Below, one piece after another: positions 10,738 to 23,273 of a DNA stretch of 64,000 nt (the first letter of the stretch is position 1; each line of letters begins with the position of its first letter). Source of the stretch: Selaginella moellendorffii (lineage: Eukaryota > Plantae > Lycopodiophyta); contig NW_003314287.1 of the NCBI RefSeq assembly GCF_000143415.4, positions 1,633,514 to 1,697,513 of the forward strand, in the 5' to 3' direction. Under the pieces are notes generated by a model, which worked only from the letters and a program-made list of their open reading frames with translations, was not told the DNA's origin and did not search any database. The translations under genes were made by a program, and so were the position numbers.

Positions 10738-13700
10738 CAATCCCGCGATACCCGAGCTCCAGCGGCTTTGACTCGGGCTTTGACTGGCCACTCCAAGTCC
10801 AAGGCTTCTTCTTTTGGACAAAGGCGTGCTGCTTGACTGCGAGAAAAAGAAATCTATATGGTTTCATCCATCCAGCCGAGACACCCACCGTCTTTACTCC
10901 ACCAATGTACTACTGGCTGTGTGATCAGAGGCCCGGAAGATTTATACATTGATCCAAGACGAGAGCGAGAGCGAGAGAGAGATTGAATGGAAGAAGAAGA
11001 AGAAAAGAGTTACTGTAGGGACACACCAAAACGAGGAAGAACAATGAATGACGAGAGAGTTCCTGCCAATGCTGCTGGCCAAGGAAAGAAAAAAAGAAAA
11101 GAATGGGAAGAAACCACTGCAGCCGGACTGGTGCTGCCCCCTTCTCGGCGCTCGCTTGTGTACTCCTCGTAATCAACGTAGCATGGTCTTTAGTCTTGGC
11201 ACCAGTGTGTCTTGGAGATGATAAACAAAACCAAGCCCTGGAAAGGATGGAATGCGAGCGCGCAAGCACGAGAGGAAACTATACTGCCTCGCACAGGACG
11301 TCCCGAATAAATGTAGATGGACATTCAAAGCAAGAGTATTTGTGTGTGTGGTTGCTGCTGGGAGAATAAGAAGAAGAAGAAGAATCGAGTAATAATAAAA
11401 AGGTAAAAAATATGAGCTCCGATCAGATGTTCTTTCACTCGAGCAGTGGAATATAGAGTGACTTGACTTGCGAGGGGGGAGGAACAAGAACTCTCCTCCC
11501 TCTAAAAACTGGAGCGAGTGATCATCGATGAATCAAGGCAACCTTGAAGCCGTGGTTCCACTGGCAGAAAGAAAAAACAAATCTCGTTAGAAGAAACTGA
11601 GTTCCTCTAACTCTCCTCTTTCTTTTTTCAACACTCTTTCTTTACCTTCTTGCTTTCTTTCTTCTTCCTTACAACAAGAAACAGAGGCTGGAGCAGCAGG
11701 AGCAGCAGGAGCAGCAGCAGCAGCAGCGGCAGAGCCAGCATCAAACCAGCAGAGCTACCATTTGTTTAAAAGAAAGAAAAAACTTTCTTTTCATTCTTTC
11801 TCTTCGCTCGCCCTTCTCCAAAAAAATACCACCACCCAACAGCGAAGAAAACAAACTGGCACACTGCAAAGAGAGCAAAGAGAGCAAGACTATTGTGTTC
11901 AAAGCAGCAAGAGGGACTACAACTATATACTAGTCCCAAGCTTGAGAATCGGGGGATTTTGTTTATTACAAAAATCCACGTCTTATCTCCAGGTAAGATT
12001 CAGAGAACATCTCAAACAAGGTGCAAACTTTAACTATTTTAACCTCGTAGCTAAAGTTGACGGACAATGGATGTGTAAGGGCCAATGGCACGGCACATGT
12101 CCAAGGGTCCCGCAAAATGCCTCTTCACTGTCTTGTCTCTCTGCTCTGCCAGTTCTCCTGTCGTGTGTGTGCGTGCGCCTGAAAATGCCACGACTGGGCA
12201 TTTGTTTTTAACCCCGCTTGTGTGTACGGCAGTGGCAATTCTTCCACTTTTTTTTCTTTAAACGCAGAGGTCTAAGGGAGTTTTCAACGCAGACCAAAAT
12301 GCCCAAATGCCCAACAGAAGGGAAGGAGCCTTTACTTTCCACTTACCTTGACTGCCACAGTCTTGAGTTTCTTTTTCAAGTCTCTCTTTTTTTTCTGAAA
12401 AGAACTTAATTGCACTTGTCAGGACCTATGTAGAGGCTTCCAAATAGTGTGTATGATCGAGTTCGGCGTCGACAGCTACAGTTTCTACAGTAGAAATATA
12501 CCCGCCTCCTCCTAAAATCTTACCAGCTTTACTCCAGTCTCCTGTCCATTTCGGTGGTCATTTGTTCCTTGTCGGGCCGGCCGCATTCATCCGGCCGTCC
12601 ATCTGCTCTTTGTTTCTTAGGGCAAAGTGTCCCGGAGAGCTTTCTCTTTCAGATGTTGGTGCAAGCAACTGAGCTATCAAAAGTGGTATAGCTTCAAGAG
12701 AGCTATCGTTGCCTTCAATTCTATAGGAGCGACAGTACTTAGTTGCAGTGCTGCTGCTGCTGGGCTCTCTTTTGTTTGAATAGAGTGGAGTATGTTTTTT
12801 GTTCTTTCTTGGATGCCAATATAGCTCACTATGATGAGCTTTTGTTGCAGCAGCCGAGGATTGGATGGAACACAAAGAAATGCTTAAGTTATCATGATCG
12901 TCACCTCCTCTCCATCCCCAAAGCTCTCAATCAGGTTTGTAAACGCACACATTTTGCGGCCAGGAATCTAGCAGCAGCAAGAAACTCCACTTCTCCGTGA
13001 CACTTGTAATTACTGCAAAGAGGATCTCTCCAAGTACAGTTCTAACGCTGTTGCCTTGCCTGACGATATTTCATGTGCGGGATTATATAATGCCACCACC
13101 TCCACGCAAAGGATGCTATGTGCTATACTGGCAGCCTATGAACGTCAAGATCTGCTTTTAGCTTTGGTAATGTATGCATATCGTTGTTGGGGTGAACGAG
13201 CTCCGTGAAAACATCGATTGATCCATGCAAGTTTTCCCGTTTGGTGCATGGTCCGATGGATCATGATCTCGTTTTTAAAAGCGGCAAGCTCAAGCAAATA
13301 TTCCAACAAGAACCATGGTTGCATGGGCTCAGAGTTTGAAAAGAGAGAAAGACGGTGTGATCCCAAGGCGTGTGTGCACAGAGATCTTCGGCCTTGTGTT
13401 CCACAGCTGCATGAAAACAAATGCCCCAGATTCCGAGGCCTGAGACAGCCCATGTGCCAGGACGAGATCACAGCCATGCACGCATTCCGAATCCGTCGGC
13501 GATTCCGAAACAGAATCCATCTCTCCCCGCCACCCCCGTCGTCACCCCACGTAACGCAGCCCTCCCTTTCGTACGGACGTGGCTGCCAAAGTCAACTGGG
13601 TTCATTTATGAAGATTTTGGGGTCACTTTTCGATGTTACTTGCTTGCATTGCAATGCGAATGCGATGCCTGGGACGGGCTGTGCCACTTTTGAGTGACAA

Positions 13701-14614
13701 TCGTAGCTAGCGGTTCAAGGGCGAATCTTGTCTCTTTTCCGCGGATTTGATTCGAAGTTTGATCGCTCCAATCCTTTCTATCACTTCGTGAGAGGAAGCT
13801 GAAAAAGCATGGACCGAAGTGATCTTATCTTTGGTTCGCTTGTCAACTTTGCGATATTATTTCGGGTCCGATTTGACCGATCCCATTTTTTTGTGTTGCC
13901 ACCAGCCAGACATTATACTATGTGCTGTAAGAGGAGCGCGCTTTCTTTTCAGGTTGGCTTTGCTTGGGGAACAACGTTGTTGGCCATGCAGAGCAGGCCA
14001 AAGTTTTTTATTTCCTTTTCCTCCTCTAAACAATTGGGCAGCGATCTTCAAGTGAAAAATCTAAGAATGTTGGTTCCATGGTTCCAAAAAGCTAAAAGGA
14101 AACAACTCGCGATAGTCGAAGAGGCGAACACTAGCAATCGATCAATCGCCCAGTTGTTTTGTCCCCACTCCATGATCCAAATGCGAGACAAACAAAAAGC
14201 AAACGCCCATGCTGGGACAAGACAGCAAACAAGAAAACGAAGGAGCACCTTTTTCCTCTAGTGTTATACGTGATGGAAGAGAAACCTTTGAAGAAAGTGG
14301 TGACAAAACCTCTTTATCTGGGTGGGACATAGCTGGATCCAAAGCCTGGCTCCAAGGAAGATATCTCTTTTATTTTGTCACCCGGCTTCCCCCAAAGTAT
14401 AATCTAGCTATAGCCCCGAAACCATCCACAGTAAGTAGCAGCCAAACTAAAACTTGCAAAAGGGAAATCTTCTCTCTGGCATCCTCGAGGCTGTGCTTGC
14501 TTTGCAGCAAAACCTTTCTTTCCTCTGGGAGCTCATACACTTCGCACACAAACGCTTCCATCGGGTTCTTGGTTCTTCGACTTCTTCTTGTTGGTGCTGA
14601 TGATCAACCATCAG

Positions 14615-16377
14615 CTAACTGCGTTCCCTGCTGCGCTCTTTACTCCTGCTCCTGCTCCTCTTCCTCGATTCACTCCTCCACTCTCTACTGCGGTGCCTGT
14701 CACCGTCCCTGTTCCTCTCCCGGTCGCCGTGGTGACCCCTGTTCCTGTTAAATCCCCCGTGGTGCCTTCGGTCACTGTTCTGTCTCTTGTACTTATCAGA
14801 CCTGAAAACACGACAGACCATCTCTGTCAGCGCATTTTCGACAACAAGGTGGAAAACAGTCAATAGTTACCTCCACTCGTTGCCTTTGCCACCCTGGTAT
14901 GCACCATTCTGCAGGTGAAATGCAGCATACGCGGAGTCAGAGGGGAGAAAGATATTCACCAATGGAACTTTTACCTTTTGAGTGGGAGAGTCTTTCAAGT
15001 CCAGCTTCTCTTCGACAGAGCTCTCTTGCATCCTTTCTTTCTTTTTGGCCTCGAGCTCTTCGTCACGTTTCCTCCTTAACTCCTCCAGAGTGTTTCTTAT
15101 TTTCAGATACCCCTGCGAACAAGAACGAGTGACGATATTAGCCGAACGTTCTAGCAACCACAAAAATTGCGGGGAGGAAAACAAAGAAAAATCAGTTACC
15201 ACATGCTGCCTGCCCTCCAAATGGCTTGCAAGTCTCTTTTCAGTGTCTGTTGAGGCCTGCATTGCACCACATATTTCACATACTTGCATTCTTTTTTCTT
15301 TCTCTAAAATAGTTCCGTACTCTGGCATAATTGCACGCATAATCAACTCCTTCTCCCTATTCAATATTTCAACCTGCGAGCAGCAAGAAAAATTCAGATA
15401 CAATACCAGAGGCGAAGTCATACGGCTAGCTACAAACGACAATAAACAGACCAGAGGGTTCAACGAGGGACAAGATCGCCTGAAACAAACTACAAGCTTA
15501 ATGATCACAACATAGGTACCTCAAGCAATCAGTTAGCTGCTGTAGCTAAAAAATCATGCCTGGTGTCAGAAAGATCAAGATCAGCAATCTCGGGTCAATA
15601 GAAAACCCAGATCAATACCTTCTACGGGCTTAGAAGTTTTAGACTTCCTCTACAAATGAAGAGGAACTACCCTGGCATGCAGATTACGGGACCTTAATTA
15701 GCACAATCAGAAGAAAGAGCCTATCAGACCTCAAACAGTAGGGAGCTGCATTCCACGAAGGAAAGAACTTTCTTTTACCTTTTCCATGGTAGCTTGCGCC
15801 TGATCGACCATACCCTCTTCTCCCTCTTTCTCGGCCCTTTTGAGAAGAGCCTGGACTTCCAACGAAATTGCACTGATTTTCTCTGTTCCACCTTTGTTCT
15901 GTTCCATAACGGGAACTTCCTTCTCCAACCTCTCATAACATCTTCGTATCTTCCTGTAGCGCCAGGCAACAATTTTCAACACTTCCTTCAAAACAACGAA
16001 AAGAAAAGACAAACCTTTCGAGATCGGAGATGAGGCGCTCGAGATACCTCAAGAACTCCATCTCGTACTGAGCCACTTTGTTCGATTTCCGGAATGGCTC
16101 GCGCAGCGCATCGTCGTGAACCTTCCCGCACGGCCCCAAATCACTCTTGGTATTGGGGAAAAGATCGTGCGGGCAGAAAGAAACCAGATGATAGTGGCAG
16201 ACCTGCAAGAAAAAGAAGAATGCGCCAGAATTTCTCATCCATTCGCCCCGAAATCCAAACCCTAAGCAAAAATCACACCTGGGCATCATCGAAGCGCAAG
16301 CGGCTCTGCCGCTTCTGGCCCAGCGGCAAATCCCGGTCCTTGCCCATGAGCTCGTCCAGCAGCGCCTTGGGATCCAT
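14615..16377 (-). CDS. LUC7: LUC7-family U1 snRNP-associated splicing factor, multi-exon
   Basis: MDPKALLDELMGKDRD; ZnF1 VCHYHLVSFCPHDLFPNTKSDLGPCGKVH; ZnF2 VCEICGA...SHLEGRQH.GYLKIR; RS/RE tail. Confidence 0.95.
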
Positions 16378-16727
16378 CGCGCCAAGAAACCAAGCCTTCC
16401 TTCTTGCCCTAAACAAGCAGCGTTCTAGGGCGGCAAATAACGCCCGGGTTCGAAACTAACTAACTATATATGTCCTTGGCGGGAATCGAACTCCCCTCTT
16501 CTGGCTGGAAAAAAGGGTAAAAACAATTGTTTTTTTTACCGTTATGGTAACTCTCATAAAGCTCGAGTCAACCGATCACACACACAGCGGAGCTCGTGAT
16601 CATCACTTTAATATGAGGCACGAACACTTTCCTTTCGCTCTTTCCATGAATTTCTTGGTCGCTGGGACAAATTCTTCGTGCACGATCGCGTCGTCCGGAA
16701 CCAGAATTAGAGCGCTGGAATTGGAGA

Positions 16728-18041
16728 ATGAAAGCTCTGCTGCTGCTCTTGATCGCGCTGTGGATGATTCTTGCGATTGTTTCCAGTGAGGACGAGCAGC
16801 GCGAATTCAAGGCATGGATCGATCGCATTGGCAGAAAATCGACGAGGTCAGCTGGGATGCGTGTTCATCATCATTTGATCGAGAGCTTAGTGGAAGCGGA
16901 GAGAAACCAGAGCGTGATTGTGGTGGCAAGGGATGGATTTGGGAATTTTAGCTCCATTGCCGAGGCAATCGACTCCATTCCGGAACAAAACCAGCAAAGA
17001 GTGATCGTGCGGATCAAAGCGGGAGTCTACAGGTAAAAAGAAAAAGAAATCTAGTCTCTCTGTTGGATCGAAAAGGTTCTCACCTTGAGCCAGGGAAAAG
17101 ATTGCCATTCCAAAATCCAAACCGTTTGTAACACTCCAAGGAGATGGGAGCTCACTCACGATAATCACTTGGAACTCCACAGCTTCGGATAGAAATGGCA
17201 CGAATCTACTCAAGACATATAACAGCGCCACCATTTCCATCAACTCGAGGTTCTTCATCGCCAAGAACATCACATTCCAGGTTTGCTCTAGCTAAAAATC
17301 TTTGAGAAGTTCTCGCAAAATAATCTCAAAGAAATCATTACTAGAATGAAGCAATTGCTCACATCCATGGGGAGACCGGGAAGCAAGCCGTGGCATTGCG
17401 AATCAGCGCGGACATGGCGGCCTTCTACGATTGCAACTTCCATGGCGGCCAAGACACTCTCTATGATCACAAGGGCCGGCATTACTTCAAGCGATGTTTC
17501 GTGCAAGGAAGCGTGGATTTCATCTTTGGCTATGGAAGATCCCTCTACAAAGTACGTAAAAACCAAACTCTCCATCAAAAGATCACAATCTTTGCAGGAT
17601 TGCCATCTTTACTCGATCGCCAACAAAACAGGCGCGATCACTGCACAAAAGAGGACCATTCGCAACATGAACTCGGGATTTTCATTCGTGAATTGCAGCA
17701 TCACTGGATCCGGAAGAATTTACCTGGGACGTGCATGGGGAGATCGATCCAGGGTGGTCTACTCGTACACCTACATGGACGCGCTCATAGCTCCTCAAGG
17801 GTGGCAAAACTGGAATCACCCAGAACGAAACAGGTAGAGTTTTGCATTTCTTCCAACTTCGCATTGAAAATTCCATCTCTCGCTCCATAGGACTGTGTTC
17901 TTCGCGCAGTACGAGTGTAGCGGGCCTGGAGCAAAGACGAGCCAGCGAGTGGCATGGGCAAGAACCCTCACTTTCGAGGAGGCACAACCATTCCTAGGCA
18001 CAGATTTCATCCATGGAGAAACATGGCTTCTCTCCACATAA
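16728..18041 (+). CDS. PME: Pectin methylesterase without PRO domain; exons 16728-17032, 17094-17280, 17345-17551, 17598-17833, 17891-18041
   Basis: Signal peptide plus motifs [24 protein letters not shown] and YLGRAW. Confidence 0.95.
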
Positions 18042-18095
18042 AGAAGACTATTTGTTTCTGATGATACAACTTAGAATGTGACCTTTTGGGGATCT

Positions 18096-19754
18096 ATGGG
18101 TTTTGCAAGCGGAGCTAGTGTCAGATCGATTCAAAGTTCAAGATCGAGATCGATCAAGCAGCTCCCTGTTGATTCTTCCAACACCTACTCTTCCAATCTT
18201 GTCATCCAGCAGCTCGGGCGATCCGGCAACCTCGAAAACGCTCGCGGTGTTTTTGATAATCTCCAGCCCAGGAACGTGTTCTCGTGGGGAATCTTGCTAT
18301 CGGCATATACCCAGAATGGGTATCATTCAGCTGCAAAGGCCATGTTTGAAAAGATGCCGGAGTGGAACGTCGTTTGCTGGACATCAGCGTTCCAATCTAT
18401 CTCACAAAGCGGCCATTTGGCCGATGCCAAGTTCATGTTTGATTCTATGCCCGAGCGTACGGTAGTGACGTGGACGGCCATGGTCACGGTATATGCCCAA
18501 ACCGGGCATCTATCCAAAGCTAAGGCCGTGTTTGATTCTATGCCCCAACATAACGTTGTCTCGCGTACGGCAATGCTGACGGGTTTTTCTGAAAAGGGTC
18601 AGATAGAGGAAGCGCGTGTTTTATTTGATGCTGTTAACGACCGAGACGTGATCTCGTGGAACGCGATGATTTCTGCAAATGCCCAGAACGGGCATTGCGA
18701 TGAGGCGAAGTTTTTGTTTGATACCATGCGAGAGAAAAACTCTGTGACGTGGAACGCGCTGCTGTCAGGATTCGCGGAGAATGGACGGCTGGATTCTACG
18801 AGAGATCTCTACCATAGGATGCCACAGCAAAACGTTGTCTCGTGGACGGCCATGATTGGCGCATATTCCCAGTGTGGGCATCTTGACCACGCCAGGGCCG
18901 TGTTTGAGATGATGCCCGACCGCAACGTCGTCTCGTGGACGGCCATGATGACTGCCCTTGCCATCAGCGGGGATATCGACGGCGCAAAAGCTACGTTCGA
19001 TACCATGCCCGAGAAGAACGAGGTATCTTGGTGTCTTATGGAGGCCGTGTTTGCCCAGAAGGAACAATTGGCAGATGCCAGGAATGTCCTCGCTAAGATG
19101 CCGGTTTGGAGCGTGATATCCTGGACCACCATGCTGGCGGCATATTCCCATGGAGGGCATCTCTCCAAGGCAGTGGAGGTTTTCGCTGAGATGCCCGACC
19201 GCAATGCCGTTTCGTGGACGGTGATGCTCATGGCATATACCCACAACGGTCATCTTTATGACGCCCAGAGAATCTTTGATGAGATGCCCGACCGAGGGGT
19301 GGCTTCCTGGAGCGCGATGGTCGCGGCATATGCCCAGAATGGGCGCGCCGCCGCGGCGAGGAATCTCTATTGCGCGATGAATCAGGATGGGATCAAGCCG
19401 GACGAGCTCTTCTTCAAGACGATCCTGGCGGCATGTAGCCACATTGGCTCTGTGGACGAGGCCTGGCACTACTTTGTGTCGATGATCGCGGATTACTCCC
19501 TAGAGCCGTCGATGGATCACTTCTCGGCTATGGCGGACGCGCTAGGGCGGGCGGGCCGGATCAAGGACGCCGAGGAGCTCGTCAAAAGCATGCCCTATCT
19601 CCCCAGTGCGAGCTCCTGGGGAGCCCTCGTTGGATCGTGTAGAACGAGCAGCGACGTCGATCGAGGGGCCCAGGCGGCAAAAGCAATGGCGGAGATCTTG
19701 CCACGTGACTCCGCGCCTTACGTGGCGTTGTCCGGTATGTGTGCTGAGGTGTAG
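18096..19754 (+). CDS. PLS-class PPR protein with E domain, no DYW
   Basis: Intronless array of about 31-aa VVSWTAM..AY...G repeats; ends with ACSH..ALGRAG..MPYLP..W.ALVGSC..APYVALS. Confidence 0.93.
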   Translation: MGFASGASVRSIQSSRSRSIKQLPVDSSNTYSSNLVIQQLGRSGNLENARGVFDNLQPRNVFSWGILLSAYTQNGYHSAAKAMFEKMPEWNVVCWTSAFQSISQSGHLADAKFMFDSMPERTVVTWTAMVTVYAQTGHLSKAKAVFDSMPQHNVVSRTAMLTGFSEKGQIEEARVLFDAVNDRDVISWNAMISANAQNGHCDEAKFLFDTMREKNSVTWNALLSGFAENGRLDSTRDLYHRMPQQNVVSWTAMIGAYSQCGHLDHARAVFEMMPDRNVVSWTAMMTALAISGDIDGAKATFDTMPEKNEVSWCLMEAVFAQKEQLADARNVLAKMPVWSVISWTTMLAAYSHGGHLSKAVEVFAEMPDRNAVSWTVMLMAYTHNGHLYDAQRIFDEMPDRGVASWSAMVAAYAQNGRAAAARNLYCAMNQDGIKPDELFFKTILAACSHIGSVDEAWHYFVSMIADYSLEPSMDHFSAMADALGRAGRIKDAEELVKSMPYLPSASSWGALVGSCRTSSDVDRGAQAAKAMAEILPRDSAPYVALSGMCAEV

Positions 19755-19981
19755 GGTGAGATTGCCTGCCACGCCGGTCGGATTTTCTGCGTCAGCTCTC
19801 CACGTCATTGGCTTCTTCGCGGGTTATTAGGGCTTTGGAAATTCGAATGACGCCCTTTCGACCTGGACCATTCTCGATCGATCGTTCGGCCTATGCGCGG
19901 TGGTGGATCGGTAGATCAGTCGCAGTGGATCGATCTCCTTGGCGCGGGTGAGAGATCGATCAATCGCACAGGATTCCAGCG

Positions 19982-21145
19982 ATGCCCAAGAAGAAGGCAT
20001 TGCTGCCGAGGCCGGTGGTGTCACGAAGCGAGCCCGCGGAGGAGCATGAGTCCGAGGACGAGGAAGAAGAGGACGATTTCTCGGTGCAAATCGCCCCCGG
20101 GCTCCTCCCAGCGCCTCTCCGGCTCGATCCACCGGGACCCAGCGACCCGGCGATCGCCCCCTACGCGGATTTCTTGCATTTCACCCAGGTACCCGATGTT
20201 CCTCGCAAGCTCGCGGGCGCCCAGGAGGTCCGAGGCCAGTCGTGGCCGCTCGCGCCACCCGACGAGATTTGCCGCGGCTCCACGAACATTTCCATCAGCA
20301 GCAGCAAGGACGTAGCGCTGCCGCCCTCGATCTTCTCCAAGCAGCACAAGTTCACGGTGGTTTGCTACAGCGAGCCGGACCCAAACGGCGATGGCGGCGA
20401 TGCCAACAAGCCTTGCTCGGTGGTGTCGGTGGAGAAAGAGAGGGATGGCGAGGACGATGAGATCTTGCAAGGCCGCGATCTCGAGGGAAGGATCATCAGG
20501 TTTGGCGATTTGAGCAGCAAGGTGGACTTTTGCATGCAAGTGAGGAGCTTGTATAAGTTTGAGACGAGGATCGTGAACGACACAATCGGTGTTTTCAAGA
20601 GCACGAAGCCTCGGGTGTGTGGAGCGTGCTCGTTGCAAGCTCGAGCGGAGCTCCTCCCGGATTTGAGGCACAAGTATGGGTTTTTGTTCCGGCACACGAT
20701 CCACGTCCACGGCCCCGCGGGGTGTGATTTCGAGAGCAAGGTGAGACTCGCCGATCGATCCCGGGTGGATGTTCTCGCCGTCAAGATCGGCCCGAGCACC
20801 AGCGGAGGATCATCCAAGCCGGAGGTGTTGAGAGTATTGCAAGTGACGCATTTCATCCGGGTGAGCATCACGCCCATCCCGAGAACTTCGTCGGCGATGC
20901 CGAGGCCGCTGCCACCCGAGTTTCGCGATCCCCAGCACTTGACCATGGACGAGGATTTTTTCGACAGGGCGGAGCTAAATTTCCAGGACAAGGAAGAAGA
21001 GGAGGCGGCTTATGTTCCGCCACCTTCGAATCCTCCCTTTAGACGCCCCAGCCGATCCGAGCCAGGTATAACCAATGCCTTCACACTGCGTTGCGTGATC
21101 ATGGTCTATTGTGAACTGATGGTTTTCGAGGTTCTGATTGAATAA
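19982..21145 (+). CDS. Hypothetical protein with acidic/Pro-rich ends and a beta-rich core; possible intron after ~21065
   Basis: 387-codon GC-rich ORF with coding-like codon usage; no family recognised. Confidence 0.7.
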   Translation: MPKKKALLPRPVVSRSEPAEEHESEDEEEEDDFSVQIAPGLLPAPLRLDPPGPSDPAIAPYADFLHFTQVPDVPRKLAGAQEVRGQSWPLAPPDEICRGSTNISISSSKDVALPPSIFSKQHKFTVVCYSEPDPNGDGGDANKPCSVVSVEKERDGEDDEILQGRDLEGRIIRFGDLSSKVDFCMQVRSLYKFETRIVNDTIGVFKSTKPRVCGACSLQARAELLPDLRHKYGFLFRHTIHVHGPAGCDFESKVRLADRSRVDVLAVKIGPSTSGGSSKPEVLRVLQVTHFIRVSITPIPRTSSAMPRPLPPEFRDPQHLTMDEDFFDRAELNFQDKEEEEAAYVPPPSNPPFRRPSRSEPGITNAFTLRCVIMVYCELMVFEVLIE

Positions 21146-22742
21146 TTCCAGCATGAAGACTGCTACTGAGGGAAGACAATAGTTGATTGCTCACACTCTT
21201 GTGTTCTTAAATCGAATGTTTGGTTTAGATTGGATAATGCAGTATATAATCGCTTTAGAATTTTATTTTTTATTATAAATTTCCAGCTTGTAGGTAGATT
21301 CGTATAAACTAGCATTCCTTAATTAACATATTGAGCTTCACATTAGCACAATTTGATTTGTTTGTGGTTGTTTTTGTATCAATAATATATTTATGATCTT
21401 TTGTGGTCTGTCAACTCACAATATCTACTCCTGCATCTATGGGTTTTTTGTAAATTTGTCCATATTTGATTTTATCTTGAGTTTCTATAGCTATTATTTT
21501 TATTTTTATCTTCGTAACCAAATTTTGTAGATGGCCAAAGCAGTCATATTGTTTATTTATTGAAAAAGTTATCTTCCAAGTTCTAAAAATACTAGACAAT
21601 TTTCTCTCGATAATATAATAAAGTTGAAAAATTCTTACCTCCACATAGTTGTTACTATGAAGTTGAAAAGCTCTTACTTTCACATGGTTGTAATTAATAT
21701 GCACTTCAAGCTTTATAAACTTGCTAAATACTCTTTAGACACCACAAACACTCTTTAAAAAGGTTACAACAGGAGAATGCATTTGGAGAAAAGGCTTCCT
21801 GCAATGTTTAATATTTAGTAAATTCCTTAAGAAAATCTATCTTTGGTAAGTACCTTGACTTTAGTGATTTATAGTACCAAGCTAAGTGATGAGAAATAAT
21901 TTACTCTTAAACTAAATAATCTTTGAACAAAATTCAATTATACACAAACTTTTGCATAAGCCTAAAAAGGCCATACAGAAATTTTTACTTTAAAGAAAAA
22001 ATATAAAGGGACTAATGGATTAGCTCCTTTTAGATATACCCCATTTACAATGTGAGCACTAACATAACATAACTTAGCAAATTTTCAACTCTTAAAAATA
22101 ATCAATTAATTAGTAGAAGGAAAGGACTAATTATATAGAGAGAATCCCATACTAAAGAACTAATTATTAGAGATTATTTTTTGTCTATTTATTGTAAATT
22201 TTCTTTAATATTGTTTTAGCATTTAATTGTGTAGTGTTTGAGATGGCAGAATTGTAATTATTACATAATAGATTTAATATTTTTAATAAAATATTAAATT
22301 TCAAATCTAAGAATAAAATTCTAACTTAAATTATTTTTAAATAATTATATTTTTTTACTAAAAAATTATACATTGGGAAAATAGTAATAAACTCTCTTGA
22401 ATTTAGATTATTGAAACCAAAATATATATCATTGATAAGAATATGCCATTAATAAAATCATGGGAGTACACTCATGTGTAGGAGAGCCCTCCAATCATAT
22501 ATATACACATACACATATACATAATTAGCATATATTTTTTGTATGTTGAATAAAGATTTTTATATTGTACTGTGAGGGCACTTAGAGTACTTGTTTTCTA
22601 TTATTATTAATTATTTAGTCATGCACTAGTATTTGTGTCTACCTGTATTATTTTGTTTTTATAATATAGCATTGCCATATTTTTCTATTTATTAATCTAA
22701 TCGATCAAATAGAAGTTTATAATTAATAAAAAAAAATTTAGA

Positions 22743-23273
22743 TATTAAAAAATAGAATATTTAGGAGTATTAGAATTTTTTTAGAAAATTTTATAAATTA
22801 TAAACATATTTATAATATATAAATACAAGATTAATCTAAATAAATAACAATGATAGAATATCCTAGAAATTCAAGCATATTCTAGGTATATCTACTACTG
22901 CCCCAGTCCCCTTAATATTGCAGTTTTTGATCTTTTAACAGTTGTAGATAATGAAATTACATTCTTTGCATAGTATCAAAAAAATTACTTATAGAATCTT
23001 AAAATCTATGAAATTTAGTTCACTATTAATTTATAAATGAAAATGTTTATATTTAAAGTTCTAGATTTTCTTACTATTATAGGTAATTTTGAATAATTAT
23101 TGACTCTGCAGATCATTGATCTAAAACTGTTAAAAGATCAAAAACTACAATCCATGCGGGCCCTTATAGGTTTACTTAAAAAATCCAAAAATCATATTTA
23201 AACCAATATAGTTAAAAATCATGAATACTTTTTTATCTTATTTATTCACTAAATTTATTCTATTTTTTAATAA
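22743..23273. repeat. AT-rich foldback or MITE-like nested inverted repeats
   Basis: 33-bp IR 22917-22949 / 23119-23151 (2 mismatches) inside an outer IR ~22743-22764 / ~23250-23273. Confidence 0.7.

Noticed and set aside
10400-14500. Many short ORFs upstream of EPFL
   Set aside because: SSR-rich promoter/UTR-like sequence with no protein motifs and no conserved miRNA seen.
16474-16512. tRNA-like T-arm (GGGAGTTCGATTCCC, minus strand) between LUC7 and PME
   Set aside because: No D-arm, A box or acceptor stem could be built, so it is not called as a tRNA.
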